Assembly (NCBI GenBank): GCA_046153685.1
Contig: JBJXGH010000037.1
Coordinates: 38,323-102,322 of the forward strand
Direction of reading: 5' to 3'
Source: Alphaproteobacteria bacterium
Lineage (GTDB): Bacteria > Pseudomonadota > Alphaproteobacteria > CADEGL01
DNA: 64,000 nucleotides
Below the pieces are notes generated by a model. The model was given only the letters and a program-made list of their open reading frames with translations, was not told where the DNA came from and searched no databases. Below, in pieces: positions 56,678 to 64,000 of the stretch (its first letter is position 1; the number at the start of each line of letters is the position of its first letter). The position numbers and the translations under genes are program-made.

Positions 56678-59629
56678 ATGGATGAATTGCTTAAGGACTT
56701 TCTCACCGAGACCAATGAGAGCCTTGAAGTCCTCGATGTCGAGATCGTCAGGCTGGAACGGAACCCCAACGACCCCGAATTGCTCGGCAACATCTTCCGC
56801 CTCTTCCATACCGTGAAGGGCACTTGCGGCTTCCTCGGCCTGAGCCGGCTCGAGGCCGTGGCGCACGCCGCCGAGAACGTGCTCGGCAAATTCCGAGACG
56901 GCGAGATCAAGGTCACCGGCGACGCTGTGACGCTGATCCTGGCGTCCCTCGACTGCATCAAGACTCTTCTCGCCCAGCTTGAGGCGACCGAAGCGGAACC
57001 CGCTGGAGACGATAAGAATCTTATCGACCGCTTGAACGGATTCATCACGGCATCGAAGGCTGCATCGGCGCCAGCGGCAAGCGAGCCAGCGGCGCTCCCG
57101 GTCAAGCAGGCCACGCTTTACGATCGGCTCGGCGGAATGGGCGTAATCGATGCGGCGGTCGAGCTGTTTTACAAACGCGTGATGGCCGATCCGGAACTGA
57201 AGCCCTTCTTCCAGGGCGTCAACATGGACGTCGTCCAGGTGCAGCAAGTCGCCTTTCTGGCGCAGGCCTTCGGCGGCCCGCAGGGCTTTGACGGCCCCGA
57301 TCAAATGGAAGTGCACAAGGAGATGGCGGCGCGCGGTCTCAATGGCGCGCATTTCGACGCAGCCGCACTGCACCTCGAAGCAGCCTTGAAGCAGATGGAA
57401 GTCTCCGAGGATATGGCCGCGGAGATATTCGCCCTTGCCGCCAACGCCCGCGCCGCTGTGCTCGGCGAGGCGGGTCGTGCCGTTGGCGACGAGGTTTCGC
57501 TGGAGGGCGATAAGACGAAGTTCGACGACACGGAGCGCCCGGGTGCCAAGGCCGCGATCGACAAACCTGAAGCCGCCAAGCAATCGGCGGTCTCCCAGCA
57601 GAGCATCCGCGTCAATGTCGATCAGCTCGAAAGTCTGATGACGCTGGCCAGCGAGATGGTGCTGACGCGCAACCAGCTCCTGCAAGTATTGCGGACGCGC
57701 AAGGACAGCGAATTCGCCAGCCCGTTGCAGCGTCTGAATCAACTCACGACCGAGCTGCAGGAAGGCGTGATGAAGACCCGCATGCAGCCGATCGGCAATG
57801 CCTGGCAGAAACTGCCGCGCATCGTCCGCGACCTGTCGCGCGAATTGGACAAGAAAATCGACCTGCAGATGTCTGGCGCGGATACCGAGCTCGACCGCCA
57901 GGTCCTTGAACTGATCAAGGACCCGCTGACCCACATGGTCCGCAACTCGGGCGATCACGGTCTCGAGACTCCGGCGGGCCGCCTTGCCGCCGGCAAGCCT
58001 GAAACCGGGCGCATCAGCCTGTCCGCGCGGCACGAGGGCGGGCATATCGTCATCGAAGTCGGCGATGATGGCCGCGGACTCAATACCGAGCGCATCAGGG
58101 CCAAAGCCGTGTCCAACGGCCTGGTTTCGCAGGCCGAGGCCGAGACGCTGACCGATCGCCAAGTTCATCAGTTTATTTTCCATGCAGGCTTGTCGACCGC
58201 GGAAAAGGTCACGGCCGTATCGGGGCGCGGCGTGGGCATGGACGTGGTCCGCTCGAACATCGAGAAGATCGGCGGCGTGGTCGATGTCGCCTCGAAGGAG
58301 GGTGTGGGTTCGACCTTCACCATCAAGATTCCGCTAACCCTGGCCATCGTCTCGACGCTCATCGTCGAATGCGCCAAGGAACGATTCGCCATACCCCAGC
58401 TGTGCGTCCTCGAACTCGTGTGTACCTCGAGCGCCTCGGAAAACACCGTCGAATACATCGGTGGAACGCCGGTGCTGCGTCTGCGCGAGCGCCTTCTGCC
58501 GCTCGTCTCGTTGCGCGACCTCCTGAAGCTCGAGGCCTCGACCGACGCCGTGAACGACGGCAACTTCATCGTCGTCACCCAGGTCGGAAACTCAAATTTC
58601 GGAATCATGGTGGACCGGGTCTTCGACACCGAGGAAATCGTCGTAAAGCCGGTTGCGCCGGTGCTGCGCGACATCGCCATGTTCTCGGGCAATACCATTC
58701 TCGGCGATGGCGGCGTGGTCATGATCCTGGATGCCAACGGCATGGCCGCCGCTACGGGCGAGCTGGCCATCACCAAGACCGAGACGGCGGTCGAGAAAGT
58801 CGTTGCAGCCGATGCCTCGGACCGCATTCCACTCCTGCTGTTCCGCGCCGGCGCCGGCACGGCCAAGGCCGTGCCGTTGTCTCTCGTCGCGCGCCTGGAG
58901 GAAATCGAGGTCGGCAAGATCGAGTGGTCCGACGGCAAGCCCGTCGTGCAATACCGCGACCAACTCATGCCGCTGATTCCGATCGATAGTGAGCACGCTA
59001 TGCGCGAGACTGGACGCCAGCCCGTGCTCGTGTTCACGGACGGCGATAAATCCATCGGCCTCTTGGTCGATGAAATCGTCGATATCGTCGAACAGCGCCT
59101 GACCGTCGAGCTTACGGCGCGGCGCGAGGGTTACTTAGGCACAGCGGTGCTCGACGGCCATCCGACCGAAATCGTCGATGTCGGCCATTACGTCGGCCTT
59201 GCCTTCCAGAAGTGGTTCGCCAAAAGCGCGCGACCCACGGATGGCGCGGAGCGCAACGTGCTCTTGGTCGATGACAGTCCTTTCTTCCGCAATCTCCTGA
59301 CGCCGCTGCTTTCGGCGGTGGGTTACTCGGTCACGACGGCAACTTCCGGCAACGAAGCGCTGGAGTTGTGCGCGGCTGGCCGGACCTTCGACGTCATCAT
59401 CTCCGACATCGAGATGCCTGGCATGAGCGGCTTTGAGTTGGCCGAGACGTTGAAGCGCGATAAGCGCTGGCGTGACGTGCCATTGGTGGCTTTGTCGGGG
59501 CGCACGGCCGAGGCTGATCTCGATCGCGGCCGCCGCGCGGGCTTCACGGACTACGTGGCCAAGTTCGACCGTGATGCGCTTCTGGCCTCGCTTAAGGACA
59601 CGCTTGCCAATCTAGGAGACGCCGCATGA
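56678..59629 (+). CDS. cheA: Hybrid chemotaxis histidine kinase CheA (Hpt - truncated globin - dimer - HATPase - 2x CheW - REC)
   Basis: FHTVKG Hpt; IRVNV--LE-LM dimer; HMVRNSGDHG, DDGRG, SGRGVGMDVV; LLVDDS...SDIEMP REC. Confidence 0.96.
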   Translation: MDELLKDFLTETNESLEVLDVEIVRLERNPNDPELLGNIFRLFHTVKGTCGFLGLSRLEAVAHAAENVLGKFRDGEIKVTGDAVTLILASLDCIKTLLAQLEATEAEPAGDDKNLIDRLNGFITASKAASAPAASEPAALPVKQATLYDRLGGMGVIDAAVELFYKRVMADPELKPFFQGVNMDVVQVQQVAFLAQAFGGPQGFDGPDQMEVHKEMAARGLNGAHFDAAALHLEAALKQMEVSEDMAAEIFALAANARAAVLGEAGRAVGDEVSLEGDKTKFDDTERPGAKAAIDKPEAAKQSAVSQQSIRVNVDQLESLMTLASEMVLTRNQLLQVLRTRKDSEFASPLQRLNQLTTELQEGVMKTRMQPIGNAWQKLPRIVRDLSRELDKKIDLQMSGADTELDRQVLELIKDPLTHMVRNSGDHGLETPAGRLAAGKPETGRISLSARHEGGHIVIEVGDDGRGLNTERIRAKAVSNGLVSQAEAETLTDRQVHQFIFHAGLSTAEKVTAVSGRGVGMDVVRSNIEKIGGVVDVASKEGVGSTFTIKIPLTLAIVSTLIVECAKERFAIPQLCVLELVCTSSASENTVEYIGGTPVLRLRERLLPLVSLRDLLKLEASTDAVNDGNFIVVTQVGNSNFGIMVDRVFDTEEIVVKPVAPVLRDIAMFSGNTILGDGGVVMILDANGMAAATGELAITKTETAVEKVVAADASDRIPLLLFRAGAGTAKAVPLSLVARLEEIEVGKIEWSDGKPVVQYRDQLMPLIPIDSEHAMRETGRQPVLVFTDGDKSIGLLVDEIVDIVEQRLTVELTARREGYLGTAVLDGHPTEIVDVGHYVGLAFQKWFAKSARPTDGAERNVLLVDDSPFFRNLLTPLLSAVGYSVTTATSGNEALELCAAGRTFDVIISDIEMPGMSGFELAETLKRDKRWRDVPLVALSGRTAEADLDRGRRAGFTDYVAKFDRDALLASLKDTLANLGDAA
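57113..57466 (+). other. Group I (2/2) truncated haemoglobin domain in frame within CheA
   Basis: TLYDRLGG, FY (B9-B10), PFF (CD1), AFGGP, EVH (His F8), GLNGAHFDA. Confidence 0.9.
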
Positions 59630-60093
59630 CCCAGCCAGCCAATGACGACGCGATCGGCACGCGCGACCTTCTGACGGTTGCGGTCAATGGCCAAAGTTTC
59701 GGCCTGCCCGTGCTCGCCGTACAGGACGTACTGGGCCCGCAACGCATCACGCGCATCCCGCTCGCCCCGCGCGAGATCATGGGCGCGCTCAATTTGCGCG
59801 GACGCATCGTGACGGCGGTCGATTTGCGCCGCCGACTGTCGATGCCCGACCGCGTTCCCGATGCGCAGCACATGAGCGTGGTCGTCGATCATCACGGCGA
59901 ATACTACAGTGTGATCGTCGATAACGTGGGGGAGGTCTTGAGCCTCTCGCCCGAGGCCTTCGAGCACAATCCGACCACCCTCGATCCGCGGCTTAAGGCC
60001 GTGGCCGACGGGGTGTACCGCCTGAACAAGGACATTCTGGTGGTTCTCGATGTCCGCCGCCTGCTCGAAATCACCCGGGAGAAAGCCGCCTGA
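59626..60093 (+). CDS. cheW: Chemotaxis adaptor CheW
   Basis: FGLPV--VQDV, IPLAP--I-G-LNLRGRIVT--DLR, VD-VGEV. Confidence 0.95.
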   Translation: MTQPANDDAIGTRDLLTVAVNGQSFGLPVLAVQDVLGPQRITRIPLAPREIMGALNLRGRIVTAVDLRRRLSMPDRVPDAQHMSVVVDHHGEYYSVIVDNVGEVLSLSPEAFEHNPTTLDPRLKAVADGVYRLNKDILVVLDVRRLLEITREKAA

Positions 60094-60133
60094 TGGCGAC
60101 GTGTATCCGCCGCCATCGAGAAGGGTAAGCACC

Positions 60134-60499
60134 ATGAAGTCGTGTCTCATCGTTGACGACTCGAGTGTCGTGCGCAAAGTCGCGCGTCGAATCCTTGAGG
60201 ATTTGAAGTTTCGCATCGCCGAGGCGGCCAATGGCCAATTGGCAATGGACGAGTGCGTGCGCGAGATGCCCGACGTGATCCTTCTCGACTGGAACATGCC
60301 CGTGATGAACGGTCTTGAATTTCTCGGCAAGCTGCGCGCGCATTCGGGCGGCGACAAGCCGGTGGTGGTGTTTTGCACGACCGAGAACGATATCGGTCAC
60401 ATCCAGAAGGCAATCGCCGCAGGCGCGAACGAATACATCATGAAGCCGTTCGACAGCGAGATCATCCAGTCAAAGTTCGCGCAGGCCGGACTAGTTTAA
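60134..60499 (+). CDS. cheY: Chemotaxis response regulator CheY
   Basis: CLIVDDS, LLDWNMP, FCTTEN, EYIMKPF. Confidence 0.93.
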   Translation: MKSCLIVDDSSVVRKVARRILEDLKFRIAEAANGQLAMDECVREMPDVILLDWNMPVMNGLEFLGKLRAHSGGDKPVVVFCTTENDIGHIQKAIAAGANEYIMKPFDSEIIQSKFAQAGLV

Positions 60500-61632
60500 T
60501 GTTAGCAAAAAATGCCGCCGCCAAAATCGCGCCGAGCGGCGCGTGCCGCGTCATGGTCTGCGACGATTCCGCGGTGTTTCGGACCGTGCTCAAGCGCGCC
60601 CTCGAGGCCGATCCCGAGATTCTCGTGACCGCTGTTGCGTGCAATGGCCAGGAAGCGATCGCGTTCGCCCAGCGTGAGACGTTCGACGTGGTCGTACTCG
60701 ACATCGAAATGCCCATCATGGATGGCCTGACGGCCCTGCCAAAGATTCTGGCGGCGCAGCCCAGGACCAAGATCGTGATCGCATCCACGCTTACCCACCG
60801 CAATGCCTCGATCAGCCTTCAAGCGCTTGAGCGCGGCGCGGCCGATTACGTGACCAAGCCGACGGCGACGAGTTACATGTCGGGCGGAGGCGATGATTTC
60901 CGCCGCGAGCTGGTTGCCAAGGTTCGCGCCCTCGCGGGTAGAGGCGCGCCGACGGTCGGGGCCGCGCGGGCGATGCCGGCGGTTACCGGCGCGCCCCCGA
61001 TGGCTAAGGGCGGCAGGGATTTCGTGCTGCGCAAATCGACGTTGCGCCGGGTCGAGGCGCTGGCCATTGGCAGTTCGACCGGAGGGCCGCAGGCGTTACA
61101 GACGCTTTTGGTCGGCCTCAAGAACGACCTCAAGCGGGTACCCGTGCTGATCACCCAGCACATGCCACCGACCTTCACCAAGATATTGGCCGAGCACATT
61201 TCCCGCTCGACAGGGCTTCGCGCGAGCGAGGGTATCGATGGCGAATCGGTGTGCGCCGGGCGGATTTACGTGGCGCCGGGGGATTTCCACATGGAAGTCG
61301 TGCGCCGGGGTACGGAGGTGACGCTGCGCCTTCATCAGGGCGAGCGCGAGAATTTCTGCCGGCCGGCGGTCGATCCAATGTTGCGCAGCATGGTCACGTG
61401 CTGGTACGGCGCGGTGTTGACGGTCATCCTGACCGGCATGGGGCAGGATGGAATGAACGGCGCGCGCAACCTGGTCGAGGCGGGCGGCACCGTGGTCGCC
61501 CAGGACGAAGACAGCAGCGTCGTCTGGGGCATGCCCGGTGCGGTCGCCATGGCGGGCTTGTGCTCGGCGGTCATGCCCATCGATAAATTGGCCGAGCATG
61601 TCCGGGGTGTCCTGGCCGGTAGGGCAGGATGA
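60499..61632 (+). CDS. cheB: Protein-glutamate methylesterase CheB
   Basis: REC (LDIEMP) plus GSSTGG, QHMP, RPAVD, LTGMG-DG, VWGMP. Confidence 0.96.
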   Translation: MLAKNAAAKIAPSGACRVMVCDDSAVFRTVLKRALEADPEILVTAVACNGQEAIAFAQRETFDVVVLDIEMPIMDGLTALPKILAAQPRTKIVIASTLTHRNASISLQALERGAADYVTKPTATSYMSGGGDDFRRELVAKVRALAGRGAPTVGAARAMPAVTGAPPMAKGGRDFVLRKSTLRRVEALAIGSSTGGPQALQTLLVGLKNDLKRVPVLITQHMPPTFTKILAEHISRSTGLRASEGIDGESVCAGRIYVAPGDFHMEVVRRGTEVTLRLHQGERENFCRPAVDPMLRSMVTCWYGAVLTVILTGMGQDGMNGARNLVEAGGTVVAQDEDSSVVWGMPGAVAMAGLCSAVMPIDKLAEHVRGVLAGRAG

Positions 61633-62471
61633 ACCAAGTCGAATTCCAATTCGTGCGCGATCTTGTGCGCCAGCATTCGGGTCTGGTGCTGACCGACGAC
61701 AAGCATTACCTCGTTGAAAACCGGTTGATGCCCCTGGCGCGCCAGCGCCAACTCAAGGACGTCGAGGAATTGGCGCGTACCTTGCGCACGGGCGGCGACC
61801 GCGAGCTGATCCGCCTCGTCGTCGAGGCGATGACGACCAATGAATCGTTGTTTTTCCGCGACGGCCGGCCGTTCGAGCAGTTGAAGACGCTGATTCTGCC
61901 GCGCCTGTTCAAGGCCCGCGCGAACACCCGAACCTTGCGGATCTGGAGCGCCGCGTGCTCGACGGGGCAGGAACCATATTCGATCGCCATGACGATCAAG
62001 GAATTGGGATTGCCGCTAGGCGATTGGCGCATCGAAATCCTCGGCACGGATCTGTCCTCCGAGGTTCTGGAGAAGGCGCGCTCGGGCATCTATTCGCAGT
62101 TCGAGGTCCAGCGCGGCATGCCGATCCAGATGCTCGTGAAGTATTTCAAGCAGTCGGCCGAGCGTTGGCAGGTCGACAGCGCATTGCGCGCCATGGTGCG
62201 CTACCAGGCGTTTAACCTGTTGAGCGACCCGGCAACCCTCGGGCGCTTCGATATCGTGTTTTGCCGCAATGTTTTGATCTATTTCGACAACCCGACCAAG
62301 GCCAAGGTTCTGACCGGAATCGCCGCGAACATGGCCGATGACGGTGTCTTATTCCTGGGCGGAGCCGAGACCGTTTTCGGCATCACCGATCGCTTTGCCC
62401 CGGTTCCGGGCGAGCGGGGCACCTACGCCTGCGCGCGCGCGGGTGCTGCATCCTTGCGGCAAGCGGTCTAG
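61629..62471 (+). CDS. cheR: Chemotaxis methyltransferase CheR
   Basis: TTNES-FFRD, IWSAACSTGQEPYS, FDIVFCRNVLIYF. Confidence 0.96.
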   Translation: MNQVEFQFVRDLVRQHSGLVLTDDKHYLVENRLMPLARQRQLKDVEELARTLRTGGDRELIRLVVEAMTTNESLFFRDGRPFEQLKTLILPRLFKARANTRTLRIWSAACSTGQEPYSIAMTIKELGLPLGDWRIEILGTDLSSEVLEKARSGIYSQFEVQRGMPIQMLVKYFKQSAERWQVDSALRAMVRYQAFNLLSDPATLGRFDIVFCRNVLIYFDNPTKAKVLTGIAANMADDGVLFLGGAETVFGITDRFAPVPGERGTYACARAGAASLRQAV

Positions 62472-62524
62472 CGGCACGAGATCTGTCGCAAATCGTCTCG
62501 TCGCAATTCCGACCGACCACGCAG

Positions 62525-62555
62525 AAAAACGCCGCAGCCATGCCGCGGCGTTTTT
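62525..62555. terminator. Bidirectional intrinsic terminator between convergent cheR and ctrA
   Basis: AAAAACGCCGC-9 nt-GCGGCGTTTTT. Confidence 0.8.
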
Positions 62556-62599
62556 GACTTCGACGTTTGGATCCGGCTCCGCGTGGGGCCTAATGCGGT

Positions 62600-63316
62600 T
62601 CAGCGCGCTCCGGCGGCCAGGCGCTTTGGCATCTCGACCGCGGCGGGATCGCGCAGCACGTAGCCGCGACCCCAAACCGTTTCGATATAGCTGTCGCCGC
62701 CGGTTGCCGAAGTGATCTTCTTGCGCAGCTTGCATACGAAGACGTCGATGATCTTCAGTTCCGGCTCATCCATCCCGCCATACAGGTGGTTGAGGAACAT
62801 TTCTTTCGTCAGCGTCGTACCCTTTCGCAGCGAAAGCAGTTCAAGAATGCCGTACTCCTTGCCCGTGAGATGCACGGGCTGGCCTTCGACTTCAACCGTC
62901 CGGGTATCGAGATTGAGAACCATCCGACCGGTCTTGATCGTCGATTCAGCATGACCCTTCGAGCGGCGCACGATCGCCTGGATGCGCGCGAGCAGTTCGC
63001 GCTTGTCGAAGGGCTTGGTCAGATAATCATCGGCGCCGAAGCCCAGGCCCTTGAGCTTGTTGTCGAGCTGGGCCAGCCCGGAGAGGATCAATATGGGCGT
63101 CTGGATGCGCGCGGCGCGCATGCGGCGCAGGACCTCGTAGCCGTCGATGTCCGGCAGCATGAGATCGAGGATGATCAGGTCATAGTCGTAAAGCTTGCCG
63201 ATCTAGAGGCCGTCCTCGCCGAGATCGGTGGTATCGCACACGTAGTTTTCCGATTTCAGCATCAGCTCGATGCTCTTGGCGGTGGCGCTATCGTCTTCGA
63301 CCAATAAAACACGCAT
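62600..63316 (-). pseudogene. ctrA: Response regulator CtrA, interrupted by in-frame TAG at codon 38
   Basis: [23 protein letters not shown]...[22 protein letters not shown]...LTGKEY...[23 protein letters not shown]; TAG at 63203..63205. Confidence 0.9.
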
Positions 63317-63334
63317 CGGCGACCCTCGTTCAGC

Positions 63335-63478
63335 TTTACACGCATTTAACCATAGGGGAGCGAGCTTGGGAGAAAATGGTTAACAAAGGCTTTAACCAAT
63401 TGCCCGAGATGCCGAGTCCTAAAATAATCCCAATTTTTCAAATACTTGAATAAATACCCTGGATTTACCCAGCCTTAA
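63335..63478. promoter_or_regulatory. Cluster of CtrA-box-like sites in the divergent ctrA/fliI promoter
   Basis: TTTA-N7-TTAACCAT (63335..63353), GGTTAA-N8-TTAACC (63378..63397), TTTA-N7-TTAA (63464..63478). Confidence 0.65.
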
Positions 63479-63504
63479 GCGCAGCCGCCGCAAGATACCC
63501 GCGC

Positions 63505-64000
63505 ATGTCAGTGTCCGAGACCAAGAAATCGGTCGCCGCGGCTCAGACCGGGGGGCATATCGTCGCCCGGTTTGGCGCCGAACTCGCGCGAATCCCCGAG
63601 GCGCGCTGGTATGGGCGCGTCTCGACCGTGCTTGGTCTCTTGGTCGAGGTCGCGGGCGCCGATCACGAGCTCACGCTCGGCGGGCGCTGCCATGTTGCGA
63701 CGCGCGACGGCCGGCAGATTGAATGCGAGGTTATCGGCTTTCGCCAGGGTCGCGCGCTTCTCATGCCGTTTGGCACGCTCGCGGGGACGGGTGTCGGATG
63801 CAAGGCCGAGGTCGGCAGCGCCGATCCGGCGATCTACCCGACCCCTGCTTGGCTCGGCCGGGTCATCGACGGGCGGGGCGAAGCCATCGACGGCAAGGGG
63901 CCGTTGCCCCAGGGCGATGTCGCTTGCTCCATTCGACGCGAGCCGCCGCCCGCGCACGCGCGCGGTCGCGTCGGCGGCAAGTTGGATCTGGGCGTGCGTG
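63505..64000 (+). CDS. fliI: Flagellar export ATPase FliI (5' part, runs off the window)
   Basis: Not in the ORF track; translates YGRV--V-GLLVEVAG, CEVIGF, LLMPFG, WLGRVID--G--IDGKGPL, PPPAH-R-RVG--LDLGVR. Confidence 0.93.
   Translation, partial: MSVSETKKSVAAAQTGGHIVARFGAELARIPEARWYGRVSTVLGLLVEVAGADHELTLGGRCHVATRDGRQIECEVIGFRQGRALLMPFGTLAGTGVGCKAEVGSADPAIYPTPAWLGRVIDGRGEAIDGKGPLPQGDVACSIRREPPPAHARGRVGGKLDLGVR

Noticed and set aside
63203-63205. Genome-wide amber recoding or pyrrolysine explaining the ctrA TAG
   Set aside because: Many genes here (grxD, bolA, sfsA, moaA, cheR, nadK) end at TAG at or near their expected C-termini; no pyl genes seen
55963-63316. bldA-like control through rare TTA codons near the starts of chpT, cheB and ctrA, given the tRNA-Leu(TAA) in the window
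   Set aside because: TTA also occurs in unrelated genes (cyclase, moaA, Sel1 protein), and AT-rich 5' codons are a general bias; no count was possible

Overview
High-GC chromosomal segment of an alphaproteobacterium, probably Rhodospirillales-like (inferred from purL-bolA-grxD and sfsA-map-radC synteny, a zeta/DUF1476 gene, and a chpT-cheAY-W-Y-B-R / ctrA / fliI block). It holds core genes (purC/S/Q/L/B, map, sfsA, radC, argE, nadK, moaA, mobA, tRNA-Leu-TAA), a CHASE2 adenylate cyclase module, Sel1/ankyrin envelope proteins, and a ~15 kb catabolic block (two StcD-like flavoproteins, a class IV aminotransferase, a ProC-like reductase, an LhpC-like DapA protein and acyl-CoA enzymes). I saw no integrase, transposase, phage gene or CRISPR array. 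Three observations stand out. (1) The hybrid CheA kinase carries a complete group I truncated haemoglobin domain between its Hpt and dimerisation domains, a candidate for direct O2/NO sensing by the chemotaxis kinase. (2) ctrA has an in-frame TAG at codon 38 and is absent as a full ORF from the track. (3) At least seven gene junctions carry short duplicated copies of the adjacent gene terminus. All calls come from reading motifs by eye; no database search was run, and several starts were re-assigned from the ORF track.
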